DNA from: Paraspadella gotoi
Taxonomy: Eukaryota; Animalia; Chaetognatha
DNA length: 64,000 bases
NCBI GenBank assembly: GCA_051294375.1
Contig: CM119267.1
Span: 25,993,293-26,057,292, forward strand
Direction of reading: 5' to 3'
This document shows, one piece after another, positions 51,201 through 64,000 of the stretch. Each line of letters starts with the position of its first letter. Position 1 is the first letter of the stretch. Below the pieces are notes generated by a model. The model was not told the DNA's origin. It was given only the letters and a program-made list of their open reading frames with translations, and searched no databases. Made by a program: the position numbers and the translations under genes.

Positions 51201-53280
51201 AGCGGTAGAGAGAGAGAGAGAGTGAGAGAGAGAGAACAGAAAAATGAGCATAAGGATCGTCGCAATTGCAAGAGAGAGGAGAGAGGAGAGAAGAGAGGGC
51301 AGAAAATGAGCATAAGGATTCGTCGCAATTGCAAAGAGAGAGAGAGAGAAGAGAGCAGAAAAATGGCTAAGGATCGTTGCTATTGCAAAGAGAGAGAGAG
51401 AGAGTCTGAGATAAAAATTAGCAAATAAAAAAGTTATTTTACTCACTGAATAAAAATACTTAAAATACTTACAAAATACATAAAATTTATAAAATTATTA
51501 TTCCGATAACATTGTTTAATCACATGCAATATATCTAGTAAGGCGGGCCAAAATTGAACATTTTTTATAACTTTTAGTTCTCTTTAAAAAATTTTTTTCC
51601 TTTTACTATTAAATAGATTTTCAATGTAACTTTTTGAATTAGTTCATTGGGTTGTTGCACTGAAGCTTTTAAATATTTATTAATATATAATAATTATATA
51701 AAGTTTTGACGGAATTGTGCCAGTGGAAATGAGTTTAGATGGAAAAAACATAAGTCACATTTACTTGAATCTTTAATATTAATGATTACTAATAAATGTT
51801 TTGCTTAATTAATTAATTAATGTGAAAAAATGATGCAAGTTAAAAGAATCTTAAAAGCATAAAGATCGTCGCAATTGCATAAAAAGAGAGAGAGTGAGAG
51901 AGAGAGAGAAGGAGACATAAAACAAAATAGAGGATATTTGTTTGTTTTGATAAAATGTAAACAAAACATATTTAATAACTGTCCTAACCTAATTTTAAGG
52001 ACATCGATGATGATAAGTTGAATATAAATTTAAAATTATTACATATTAAAATTAATTAATTAATCGATTAATTAATTAATTATCGTATGCAGATCCGACA
52101 TTGTTTGCTCAAACTTGTTTTTTTAGTATCAAAATTTGTCGTCAATCCAGATTTTTCTTATGCGATTGCGACGATCCTTATGCTTTTAAGATTTTTTTTA
52201 TATAAAATAAAAAGAAAAATTGTCGAAAATGATTAAAAATTGATAAAATGAGTAAAATTAATGAAAGTTAAGCAACTGAGAAAAGAGTTGCTTGCTGCTT
52301 ACCGATCGAGATAAAAAGTCATCTATAGTGCTAAAGAAAGAAAACTAGTTAATCTATTTTTTTCCTTTATTACCTTTGTCAAGCAAGTTCTCCAGAACTG
52401 AGTTGAATTATAATTTGTGTTAAATATATTGCCTGTATTGTTTGTGAACAAATATTGATTGTTTATATTTTTAAACAGTTTTACAAAAGGCGAATAAGAA
52501 CGACGGATTATGACGAGAGTTTATGTCCAACATAATCAAAGGTTGTAAAAGACTTGGAAAAATATATTAGGCTTGCTTGATTAATTTAAGAATAGATCCG
52601 ACTTGTTGATAAATTCATCAACTATACAAGATATGAAATGAATAAAAATCAAAGATGAATTAAAAATTATATTTATTTCAAAACTAGATCGACTCTTTAC
52701 AATAGACTTAATTATTAACTATATAAATCATGAATAGATAACAAAAAATAGAATAACTAATTTTCTTTCTTTGGCACTATAGATGATGACCTTTTTATTC
52801 TTGACCGGCAAGCAGCAAGCAACTCTTCTCTCAGTTGCTTAACTTTCATTAATTTTACTCATTTTATCAATTTTTAATCATTTAATCGCTTTTGTCAATT
52901 TTTCTTTTTATTTTATATAAAGAAAAAATGGAAAAAATTACCTTATTTAAAAGTAATAATTCCTTTATAAAATGATAAAAATTTAAAAAAACTTAAATGA
53001 CCTGGTGAGACAAGATATTAAAATTACCCATTGTCAAATCAGAATTTACTATTTTTAAAATAATTATGAAGGAAAGTGATTTTTTTTAAATTTAAAAAAA
53101 ATTATAACTTTTTAACCGATAATCCTTTTTTAAAAATTCTTTCAGCAAAACAAATGCAATTATCTCTTTATTCAATTCGCCCTAATTGTTTATTAAAAAA
53201 TATTTCACGAACAATGTTAAAAATATTATTTTTTCAAAAATTTATCAAAAATTTATCAAAAATTGTCAAATACAATAGGG
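48250..53280. mobile_element. Foldback element whose left arm is split by the 48655-52198 insertion
   Basis: 48250-48650 is complementary to 52930-53280; 52199-52355 is complementary to 52755-52920. Confidence 0.7.
48655..52198 (+). mobile_element. Composite Helentron/DINE-1-like element: family B containing family A (49315-52120)
   Basis: The A copy is colinear with 34768-37365, with an expanded 18-bp minisatellite (50015-50550). Confidence 0.75.
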
Positions 53281-53901
53281 ATTAAAAAACATTTTCCTTA
53301 ATAAAAACTAAAAATTAAACAATAAGCGTTATAATTAGGGAAAATAATTCCTCACTCGATTTAAGTAATTCTGTAACTAATTATTATATTGTAGAATTCT
53401 GCTATTAAGTTTTTTATTGAATTAATTATTAATTGCAATCACAAATTATATTTTAAAAAAAATAATAGCGAGCAAAGTTTCCGAATTTTAGTTAGATAAT
53501 TCTGTGGTTAAAGGTTGTGGTCGTAATGCAATATAAAATTTAGATTTATAAGTGAGATTAGCGGTTGTCGAACCCGTTCCTTGTTATTTCACTAGTCTAA
53601 CTCTTTTGTGTTTCTTGTTTTTTTTGGCATTTTGTACTACGATTAAGCTGAAATTTCAAAATATATGTTTTTCTCCTTTGATTTTATACAAATTTTTGTA
53701 CTTGAAATGGAACCAATAGTAAGTTTTCTTCGTTTTATCAAATGTACTGCATCCTTTTTCCGATGTAAGGTGTGTAAAAATATACTAAATTACAGCGATG
53801 AGTATTTAATACTCTGGCTTTATACGCCAATATGTATTGAATAATAATTAAGAAATTGAAGTAAAAACTCTTGAGAGTTTTGGTGGTTTTAATTCCCATC
53901 G

Positions 53902-56334
53902 ATGATGGAAGCTTTAATGAACGGGCGGGTCTCCTTCCCTCTCTCTCCTTGGATCGCGGGTTCGACTTGTTTCGGTCTCAGCGCCGCTTTTGTCGGGAGT
54001 CTCTACGTCTGGACCCTCCCGCCCTTTTCTTTTCTACGATCTGGCCAGCATCCCTCCTGCAAGGGTGAGTCCTCAAAAATTCTTATTTCCACTTGAACCT
54101 TTAATTCATATCGTTTCTCATCTTTTTAGTCGGATCCTCTTATGAGCAGATCCCGACTCTATTATCCACTTTGTCGGTCCCCCCCCTACATCTTGTCGGG
54201 CACTCACTTAAATCTTGTCAGAACGTCGAATTATTAGAAATTATGCAAAAAAAATGATGTGCGTCTGTCCGTCCGTCCGTCCGTCCGTCCGTCTGTCTGT
54301 ATGTCTGTTAGATTCAGTTTTGACCGGGAGAAATGTTCGTAGACCTCAACAGACACTTCTATCGATTCGACTTTTCATGGGCTATCTTATCTAATGGTAT
54401 TAGTTTCAAAAGAAAAAGAAAAATTATCCTAGGGTGTTACAGAAGCGTCAGTGCCACAATCGTCAAGTATTATATTTTTAATAAAATCATTTGTGTTAAA
54501 TGTTAGAAACCAGTGGTAATTGTAATTTTTTTATAAATTTGACTAATATAATTTGTGCAGAATTATTATACTTAATTTCATTTTAAAAGCTAAACCATAA
54601 GTAGCGTTTTTAACGCTGCTGGACCGGAAGTGTTACCCAAACTGAATATTTTCTATACTAATTTTTTCGATGATAAGTTGTATTCATTTATTTTTCTATT
54701 CAGCCTCAAAAGAGCAATAAAAATATACATTTATTAACATTTTTTTGTATTTAAAGTACTATGGCAACAGCCGGGTTACCTTTGATGCCCATTGGGATGG
54801 GGCATCTCGCTGTTGGCTTTGGGGGCTTCCGACCCTGAGTGACGCCTCCAGTCACTGGCGCGGTTACCCAAGGACGGTCTCGCTTTGCCAACGCAGAGGG
54901 AAGTCGTTAGGACTGTGGATGGAACACTACGCCTGGGATGGTGTGTTCCCCCTCTGAGCCAATGGATTTGGCTGTAGGTTGGTGGACGTGAGGCGGTGTG
55001 AATATACCACCACAGTACCTTTATTTTGTAGTTTTTTTGGGTGCTCTCTGTAAACTTTTCAAGGCCTTGCAGCATCTCGTCATGATGCTTTTGGTCACAG
55101 TTGAATCCACTATAAAATTCAGCCACAACTAATTTCTCTCTCGGAGGCATCATTTACAAAAACTGTAGTCAAATTTGTCTTGAGGGTGTAAGTTTCGTCA
55201 AAAAAAAAAAAATCAACAATGCGGCTCACAAGCCGCGACGTCGAACATTTTCATGTTGCTTTTTACCTGATTTACAAAATTTGAAACATTATAAATAAGC
55301 CAGATATTTTGCTTTCTTCATCTTGTTGTCCGTTGTCCACCGCAAGATTAGTTTGAGGCAAGAAAGGTTTTATTATTGTTTACAACGGCATTTATTTAAA
55401 ACAAAAAACAGACATGTTTCGCCTTAGTTGTAAGTCTTCATAAGCGCGGGAAAAAAAGTAAGTGTGAAATGGATCTATATTGAGTTTAAATTTGAGAGTG
55501 TTTTGTATGTAAACAATTATAACCTTTCTCGACATTAATTACAAGTCAGTGAAAATAGAGTGGAAACATATCTAATTTTTTTTTATAAAAAAATTGGAAG
55601 ACGTTTTTAATGTTATTCTACAACTATTTTATTTGTAAAAAACGTGAGTAACGCTTTCGTAGAACGGGTTGTGAGACATTGTGAATTTCCTTTCTTTTCG
55701 TTGTGGTTGCGTATTGGAAGACGTTTTTAAGGTTTTTCTACAAATAAAGTCGTTGAAAGGAAGAAAGGAAATTCACGATGAATAAAAAAATTAAAAATAA
55801 TTTTTTTTAAATCTCAACCCTGACCAAAAGAAACATCTCTTAAAAATATAAGTTTATTAGTTTTTCTTTACTAATTCAATAAACTCTAGATTTATCTTTT
55901 CTTATCTATCGTCAATGTTGCAGATGTGCCGGGGTCACAAGGTCGCACCCTGGTCGCAGAAGATTGCGTCGCATGAGGTGACATCGTTGAAAAAGGTTCA
56001 AGTATATTTAATGTTAACTTAATTTAACTCAAAAGAATTGACAGATTTAAGGAGTTGATGAGTAACATTCTGCTCCGAAGCTATAAGTGAGACTTTTTAG
56101 TGTGCCCTATTAATAATTGGGTCTATGATTCTTTAACATGTTTGTAGATTGTCCATTGTCCAAGTTCATTGAAAAATGACCATTAGACACACCATTATCC
56201 CAGAGTTAATTTTTTTTTTAAATTAATTTTAAAAAGGCCAAAATTTATTTAAACTTGTTTTTAACTTATGTTAATTACGGTATTGTGGCAGCCTTGAACA
56301 CGTGACCTCTCAAATTCAACAACTGACGAGAGAT

Positions 56335-56367
<33 letters not shown>

Positions 56368-59300
56368 TTCTCTCTCTCTCTCATTCTATCCTCACCAACG
56401 GGTTTCACGACTTATCCTTTGTTTTACCATGTCCTCATGTTTGTTCCTTTGTCCTGTAAATAGTGACCAGACATAGTATTGATTTTGTTATTGCTTTTCA
56501 CTTTTTGTCCTTGTGTCGTCTACATCTCCTGCCACAGTATTTGCTTAACTGGTTCGTAAGTAAAAGCAATTCAAAAAAGTAGAGTATCCTCCAATAGATA
56601 TGCATTTCAGCGAATCATTTAGTTTAATCAAATCCTAGACAAAAACTTCCGGTTATTATTAATATTTGTATACATTAGACACATTTTTTTCCGCAGAAAA
56701 TGGTCATAGAGTCTTCAAAAAGGTGTCATTCTGTTCGTATTAAACGTTCTTAAGAAAAAAAAACTTGCAAAGACTTTTTCAAAACATCTCGCCTCTCCCA
56801 GGGGCGTCAAAGTGCCACGAGCGTCAATTTATAGATTTTTGACAATTTTCTTTTCTTGTGATAATAGCCAATTTTGAATCATTTTTAAATGATATTTATG
56901 ATTTATTAGATTTATTCCAATAAAAAATCTTTCTAAGATTTATATTTGCATTAAATCAGTATCATTAAACCGGAAATAATTCCGCAGACCGGAAGTGACT
57001 CTGAAAAACCGTTTTATTTTGATAAAAAATTAAACTTAAGAAGTTTGACAAAAAAAAACAAAAGAAAGCTAGTCAATATTGTAATTTTATTTATTTAAAT
57101 ATATATATATAATCTAATAATTCAATTTTTTAAAGGTTTTTTTTTTAAACAAGATGACACACTGAAACCCGCCGCTAAAAATAAATCGTCATTTGTAAAC
57201 CAGTAAAGATTTTTAACCAGAAGATTTTTTTTCTTTTAAAAATCAAAATCATTTAAATATCCAAATTTCATATTGATAGGTTATTATTTAACTTGGCTAT
57301 GGCAAATATAAATTGGTTAACAATTGTATTTCATTTTAAAACTCATTTCCAAGTCAAATCAAAACCAAATCAATATAAAATTTAGATATATAAATTGTGG
57401 CTAGTGTGGGCGTGACCGTTGAGGGAGAAAACGGGCTTGACGTCTGACGGCCATGGATTTGATATCGGCGTTTCACTTTGCCTGGTTTCTCGAGAAAAAG
57501 AACGCGACGACGATGATGAAGACGAAGAAGAAACGTGAACTCGGCAAATATCCTGATTATATTTTAAATGTACCTTATCTACGATCAGGGGCTGTTGCTC
57601 CGATGTTGTACGGTTTTAAGACTGATAGTTTGTTTATAATTTACTGGCCTTTTTATGAATTTATGGACTTAATTATAGACTTAATTATGAACTGTTTTAA
57701 CCTCAAATTTGTAATAAACATTTGAAAACACGATCGTTGCCATCTTGAAAGTCAGCCAGAAAGTTGAGGCAACTCAAATATTTTGGTTTTTACTACAAAG
57801 GGCGATTTTTTTCTAGAGGCGGGATTGTAAATACAACAATACAAACCCTTGTGCCGTTATATGCAGAGTTTGGTATTACAAAACGGCTGGAACATTTTCA
57901 GACTTCGTCGTCTGAACCTCCAAAAGTCAGAAAGTTTTTCAGACTTGTCAAACGATTGAAATAGAGAAATTATGGCCTATACTGTCGTTGTCCAGCTGAC
58001 AAAATTGTGGAAACTCGAAGAAACGAAGCGAATCCTTGATTTACGTGAAGATCTCTCTCTTCGACAAGAGCAAGGATGAACGAGATTTGTACAAGAATTT
58101 TGTCACACAATCTCAGCTATGGTCCTTTTTTTATGATTTTTTGTCGCCATAAAACTTTTGTTATGAAATCCATTATTATTGGTCTTTGCCTGTTTTCTTG
58201 AAGCAATTAAAAGTATTTGAATCTGTGATCTCAATTTTTCGCTTTTAAGAAAAAGTTCATGCAAATAAATTAATTTCCGGTTTTAATATATTTCTAAAAA
58301 TTCCCAATAACGGTTTGAGTTTATTTAAATTATGATTAAATATTCCAGATAATAGAGTAAAACAGATAATAAAAATTTTATCATTATTTTTATAATTATC
58401 TAAAAAAATTTTTTGAAAAACCATGGAAATTACTGAAAATCAATTATTTTGACGCCCGTGGCACTTTAACGTTTCTGGGAAAGGCGAGATTTAAAAAAAA
58501 ATGTACGAAAAATACATTTAGTTTTTATAGCTCTAAAATACGAAAAGAATGACACCTTTTTCATAACTCTATGACAATTTTCAGCGGAAAAAAATGTGTC
58601 TAGTATACATTTGTATATATTTGTATATATTTGTATATTTGTAATCAATCTTTCTTAAGTTTAAGGAGTGTAACGAAAATTTCGTTTGAACAACAATTTA
58701 TTATGTTATATTTATAAGGACATGTTTCGACTCTGTTTCGAGTCTTCATCAGCAAGTGAAAATAACAGAGTCACAATATCTCAAACATCAGTTTTGGAGA
58801 GAGAAAGAGACAGAGAGAGAGAGAAAAAGAGAGAAAGTTTCCAACAAAGTATTGAGTGAGGTATAGTGGTCAGATGTAAGGACAGGTGAAGGTAAGGGCA
58901 GGGAAGAAGAGAGTAAGTGAATTTGAAAATTTAAAAATTTGGTGAAAGAGAGAGAGAGAGAGACTATTAATATTTAAAAATGAATTATTAAAAAGCAATA
59001 TTATAAATAGCTTTCGCATGTCATTTTCTAGTTCTAAATCTGTTTCCAACTGTTTTTATGTAAATAAAAAAAATTACTGACTCAGTCATGGTATTATGTT
59101 TTTGGCGCCAGTCACGTGACTTTAACGCTTTTGTAACACCCTAGAACATATTTTTAAACACTTAAAAACTACACCAATATAGATACCCCATGAAAAGACG
59201 AATCGATAGACGTGCTCCGTTAAGGTCTACAAACATTTCTCCCGGTCAAAATTGAATCTCATGTCTGTCCATCCCCCTTAGCAAAAAAAACTCCAATTAC

Positions 59301-62300
59301 TCGTGATTGGGATTAAATGTGGTTTGGAATGAAATTTTGTGTGTGGTTAGAAAAGTGTGCGTCTCGGCTAAGTTTCGTGCGAGGGGAAATGAGTTTAAAT
59401 GGAAAAAACAAAAGTCACATTTACTTAAATCATTTTACTAATTTGAACCCATAATTACTATAATTATTAATTAATCATAGTTGGATGGATAGATTGAGAT
59501 GAAATTTTGTGTGTGAGTAGGAAAGTGTGTGATGAAGCTGGATATAAAGTTTTGATGGAATCTTGCGAGTGGAAATGAGTTTAACTGGAAAAAACAAAAG
59601 TCACATTTACTTATATTTAATTATAATTATTAGATTTATTAAAAATTGAATAGATAATTTGATATGGAATTTTGTGTGAGGGTAGGAAGGTATTTGATTA
59701 TTATATTATTAAAAGTTTCTCTCTCTCTCTGATTGATTGATTGTTAATTTGGTTAAATGATTGATTTATAAATTTTTTAATTGATTTATTAAAAAATCTG
59801 TTATGATTTAATTGGTTATGATCTAGTTATGATTAGTAAGGTTTCTCTCTCTCTTTGATTAAGACTTTATTTATTCATGAATTTTCTTGTCACATTCATC
59901 CAACATCATTGTATCATTGATTAATGATCGATTATCATCACGTCAATGATTGATTATTATCGCATCAATAAATCATTATCATTGTATCGATAACATCGCA
60001 TTAATAATTGGGAATCAGCAATCAGGAAGTGTAGATTGGGAAGTGATGATTAGGAAGTGTGACCTTTGGGGGAAAAACGATCTTCAATTGACATTTTTGC
60101 TGGTAAGATCACTATACTATAAATTTTTGGTTTTATGTTATCTGTTGTAATATGTGATGAATTAAAAGACTCGTCATGACTTATCATCTGGTTCGCTGCT
60201 TACCGCTAAATTATCGTAGGCAGATCCGACATTGCTCAAACTTGTTTATCGTGCAATCGCTTGCGCTTGCGACGATTATGGGACGATGGTCCCCATAAAT
60301 GGCGTTGTCGTTGTCGGCATTCCAAATTACCAATCGCCTTTTCTAATATTATTTGTAATTGTATGATGCTGACAATTTTTATACATATTGTCATCATCAA
60401 GATCCTTTAAAACTGATGAGGTCATACATCAAATGTTGTTTACATTTTATAAACAAAAGAGAGAGAAAGAGAGAGATACATAATTTTTCTATACTTTACA
60501 GAAGGCTTCATATTATAAAATGAGGTACCCTTTTTTTGTGACCAGATTCTGTTCTCACCAAACTACCCAATCGAATTTTTTGAAATTTTATATATACAGT
60601 GGAATGCCGACAACGGCAACGCCATTTATGGGGACCATTGTCCTATAATCGTCGCAAGCGCAAGCGATTGCACGATAAACAAGTTTGAGCAATGTCGGAT
60701 CTTTATGACGATATAAATGGAACTATCAAGGCGACTTTTTATATTCAACCCCTGACAAGAGATACAAATGCAAAAAGGCTAAACATTTTTTTTCGTATTT
60801 TAATATTTTTTAGTAGCATCAAGCGTGACCGTGAGGGGATTGAACCCGGAACTCACGGTTGGTGAACGAGTACTTAGCAGTCCAAGCCAATGTGACGAGC
60901 TGAGTTTCACCAAGCTATACGGGAGGCGAATTTAGGATTCGCCACAAGCTAACATTTTTGAGGTAATAAATACGTTCTTGTGGAAGAGTAAACGTCTGTG
61001 CAACTGTTCAAAACAAAGATAATGTAAAAATGTGAAAAAAAATTTTACCATTTTTTGCCCCCAGGGGGCCCATATCTCGGCTCATGGGTCAAATATTGAA
61101 ATTTGCCTCGATAGTTCTATTTGTATTCACATAGGGATCGTTCATTCCAAAATTCAATAAATTTGGTACAGTAGTTTTCTCGGAACGTGTTCTGGTCACA
61201 AAAAAGGGGTACCTAATTTTATAATATGAAGCCTTCTGTAACTTACAGTATAGAAAAAAAAATTTATTTCTTTTTTTCAGTTGCTGCCTCTTCTATTGGG
61301 TCCGAAAACGAGTTGAACTCTGCAGCGGATGAGCTAAATGTTACGTGTTTCTTTCTTTCTTTCTTTCTTTCTCTCTCTCTCTCTCTTTCTTTCTTTCTTC
61401 CCCACCAATTTATTTTACGTTCTTACGTTCTCGCGCATCATAAGGAAGAAAATAATATTTGATCCTTTTTTTTCTTTCTTTCTTTCTCTCTTCCTCTCTT
61501 CCATTCTTTCCTTTTTTTTTCTATTCCTTTTTTTCTTTCTTTCTCTTTTTTTTTTTCTCTTTCTTTCTTTCTCTCACTATTTTTCTTTCTCTCTCTCTCC
61601 CTCTCCCCCTTTCTCTCTCTCCCCCCCTTTCTCTCTCTCTCTCTCTCTCTTCTTTCTTCCTTCCTGTTTCTCTTCCTATTTTTTTTTATTAAAAAAAAAA
61701 TAAATAATATATGTAAAAATGTAAAAGGTTTCCCAAAAAATGGCGACGATCGAAGTTTCAAAACTTGCTTATTATAATAAAAACGTGTGATGAGTTAAAA
61801 GCGTTCAAAGAATATAAACAAATGGTCTTAAAACCGTTCAACGTCGGAGGCTACTGCCCCTGACTCGTAAACAGTGCTTTACATAAAAAATAATCGGGAT
61901 ATACCCGATTATTCGTCTTCATAATCTGTTTTTCTTTCATTTCGTTGGTAAAAGATTTAGATAAAACAAAATTTGGATTTTCACAACAAATTAATTTATT
62001 ATTTGCAGACATGTTTCTTTCTCTCTCTCTTTCTCACTATTTTTCTTTTTCTCTCTCTCCCTCCCTTTTTCTTCTCTCCCTCCCTTTTTCTCTCTCTCTC
62101 TCTCCTCCCTTTTTCTCTCTCTCCCTCCCTTTTTCTCTCTCTCCCTCCTTTTTCTCTCTCTCTCCCTCCCTTTTTCTCCCTCTTCCCCCTTTCTCTCTCT
62201 CCCCGCCTTTCTCTTCTCTCTCTCTCCCCCCTTTCTCTCTCTCTCTTCTTTCTTTCTTCCTGTTTCTCTTCCTCTCTTTTTTCATTAAAAAAAATTGTGT

Positions 62301-62879
62301 CAGCAGCGAACTCGTGATGTTAAGCGATAAGCATGGCAGTCTTGCATGTTATCATGTTACCATCGCAAAATAGTTTTTTATTTCGATTTTTCTCTTCCCA
62401 CCTTTCTCTCTCCTTTTTTTTCTTTATTTATTTTTTATATTTATTTATTTTTATATTAAGCTAAGTTTGTTATGTATAACTCTTAGTTTGATTTTTTCAA
62501 TATCAAAGTTTGTCATTGGTCCAGATTTTTTTTATGCGATTGTGACGTTATTTTTTTTCTAATTTGATTTTATGTTGGTATGTAGAATTAAAAGCAATAG
62601 TTTATAAAATGACTGATTTTAATATTTCTTTTTCCGTTAGGTTTGAGTTTTCACCGAGATCATCCAGTTGTCATCTTTCGTCGCTCTTTGAGCATCCTCT
62701 TCGTCTGTATCGCATCTCCGCCAGCCGTCGCCCTTTTAGCATGCCCCGATCCGGAAAGGGGTCAAACTTTTTGGCGCCTTCTCGGCGTTCGACTCGACGG
62801 CCTCGTTCCTGCCATGGCTCTTCCTTTTGCCTTGACCCATATTCTCTTTCTTGGCTCCCATTTTCTTAACCACTTAGAG
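53902..62879 (+). CDS. RCE1: CAAX prenyl protease 2, first two exons (53902-54064, 62641-62879); continues beyond the window
   Basis: FVGSLYVW...RDHPVVIFRR.LSILFV.IASP...LLGVRLDGLVPAMALPFALT.ILFLG matches the RCE1 N-terminus; phase-1 GT-AG intron. Exon 2 donor may be 62880 or 62884. Confidence 0.88.
54760..55014 (-). mobile_element. tRNA/Pol III-box-containing mini-LTR
   Basis: Minus strand TGTGGTGG...GTTGCCATA; 4-bp TSD GTAC; A box TGGCTCAGAGGG, B-like GTTCCATCC; 3' half homologous to 2190-2289. Confidence 0.75.
55408..55447 (-). ncRNA. Degenerate minimal hammerhead ribozyme
   Basis: Minus strand GCG-CTTATGA-A-GACTTA(caac)TAAGGC-GAA-ACATGT-C-TGT; core G5 is mutated. Confidence 0.55.
56284..56536 (+). 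mobile_element. Solo LTR (Gypsy-like)
   Basis: TGTGGCAG...CTGCCACA, 4-bp TSD GTAT; both ends similar to 24278-24498. Confidence 0.8.
56676..58602. mobile_element. hAT-like non-autonomous transposon (TAGACAC termini)
   Basis: About 170-bp imperfect TIRs; 8-bp TSD GTATACAT (56668-75, 58603-10). Confidence 0.85.
58716..58755 (-). ncRNA. Minimal hammerhead ribozyme in a repeat (58650-58960) homologous to 30250-30590
   Basis: Minus strand CTGATGA-A-GACTC(gaaaca)GAGTC-GAA-ACATGT-C; stem I is weak. Confidence 0.7.
60499..61238. mobile_element. Tc1/mariner-type MITE, inverted relative to 20000-20734, with two inserts
   Basis: Same CAGAAGGCTTCATATTATAAAAT TIRs and TA flanks. Confidence 0.85.
60822..60946 (-). 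mobile_element. Truncated tRNA-containing mini-LTR head
   Basis: Minus strand TGTGGCGAATCCTAAATTCGCC...TGGCTTGGACTG...GGTTCAATCCC; near-identical to 25974-26098. Confidence 0.65.
61715..61980 (+). repeat. About 250-bp direct repeat (partner 63756-64000)
   Basis: CCCAAAAAATGGCGA.GATC.AAGTTTCAAAAC...AATCGGGATAT is shared by both copies. Confidence 0.75.
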
Positions 62880-64000
62880 GTTGGTAACTTCGAATAATCA
62901 TTAACTTATCAATATAAAAAAAGAGCCAAAAATCGATATTTCAAAAAGAAAAAATTTGAATTATGTAAATACTTTTATAAGTGCTGATTTTTGGATTTCC
63001 ACTCAAATAATTTTTTTTTGCTTTTCTCATAACCCTATGATCTCTTGACCTCCAAATTGTTGGAAGGCTCCGACAAGATTGAATGTTTTCTTTTAAACCC
63101 AAAATAGTCTTGATTTAGAAACAATGTTAAATAGCTAACGGTTTAACTGGGTTTTATTTAAATAATGGAATGATAATGCAAAACTATTCCCTAAGATCAA
63201 AAAATCAAAAATTCGCTTGGCCAATTTTCCCGTTCTATCGATTTTATAATGCAATAAGATGCAACAAAATTGGAAAAAATAGCAAATTTAAAAATACCAC
63301 ACTGTTGTTGCCAAGTCAAGTCTGATATTCTTTTTTTTCTTCCATTTTATTGAGTTTGATATAAGAACAGAGTCAGAGAGGTTTATTTTTAATATTTACC
63401 AAATTTATTGTTTGTAAATGTTAAAAACTCTCTCTTATTATTTTGAAAATTTATAAAATAAACAAAACACTTTTAAAGCGAGAGTGACAAAAACTAAAAC
63501 TGATATAAACAATAAAATTAAGTAAATGAAAATGGTTATTCAAGATCAGGGTTTTTTGGCTTAATCTCCACTCTCCATTTTCCATAGCCAGGCCTCTTGG
63601 GCGCGCAAGGCCTAAGCGCTCGCTTGTCACGGGGATGGCTGAACCGATTCAAAAGCACGCAAGTTGGGCTCCACAAACGGTTTCGTGGTTATCCATCTAG
63701 TTTACGAATGATGTTTTGATCATTGATTATTTTAAATGAGGAAATAATATCTAAAAATGTATGAGGTTCCCCAAAAAATGGCGATGATCAAAGTTTCAAA
63801 ACTTGTTTATTATAATAAAAATGTTTGACGAGTTAAAAGCATTCAAAGAATATAAACAAATGGTCTTAAAACCGTTCGACGTCAGAGGCTACTGCCCCTG
63901 ACTCGTAAACAGTGCTTTACATAAAAAATAATCGGGATATTCCCGAGTTCACGTTTCTTTTTCGTCTTCATATTCTGTTGGTTTAGATAAAAAAAAATTT

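Larger units (their letters stand above)
54309..59260. mobile_element. TIR DNA transposon with 8-bp TSD, hosting several nested elements
   Basis: About 140-bp imperfect TIRs ((T/G)AGATTCA.TTTTGACCGGGAGAAATGTT); ATGTCTGT duplicated at 54301-08 and 59261-68. Confidence 0.75.
54125..60246 (+). mobile_element. Helentron/DINE-1-like family A copy split by the 54309-59260 insertion
   Basis: 5' palindrome 54128-54158; GTCY microsatellite interrupted at 54308 and resumed at 59261; 3' end 60220-60246. Confidence 0.7.

Noticed and set aside
53707-53724. ATGGAACCAATA|GTAAGT micro-exon upstream of RCE1
   Set aside because: No convincing in-frame acceptor before 53902, and the RCE1 N-terminus is already complete.
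57361-58600. Many 1-2 bp deletions relative to sister copies (also 49300-51200) as a mutational process
   Set aside because: The pattern is equally explained by uncorrected long-read errors; it cannot be judged without reads.
61338-62373. Phe/Ser/Leu-rich ORFs
   Set aside because: CT-rich simple repeats.

Overview
AT-rich eukaryotic (almost certainly invertebrate animal) genomic DNA with two assembly gaps (9355-9586, 43891-43915). Five spliced housekeeping genes all lie on the + strand: the last exon of a TatD DNase, hnRNP L (11 exons, 851-19360), a SNX1/2 sorting nexin (4 exons), a CEP170-like FHA protein (3 exons) and the first two exons of the CAAX protease RCE1. Exons are GC/CpG-rich. 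Introns and spacers are mostly nested mobile DNA: Tc1/mariner and hAT-type TIR elements with readable TSDs, a DD37D (maT) transposase pseudogene, two Helentron/DINE-1-like families, a Penelope GIY-YIG remnant and solo LTRs. Three things stand out. (1) A family of about 200-260 bp LTR-like elements (4-bp TSD on the two complete copies) carrying an internal tRNA-like Pol III promoter and a structurally conserved 3' RNA domain (five copies, four divergent subfamilies). (2) An LTR element whose primer-binding site is a 47-nt copy of tRNA-Leu, fused directly to a chuvirus/gB-like glycoprotein fragment with no gag-pol. (3) Four minimal hammerhead ribozymes, two of them sense within one intron. All calls are by-eye; no database searches were run.
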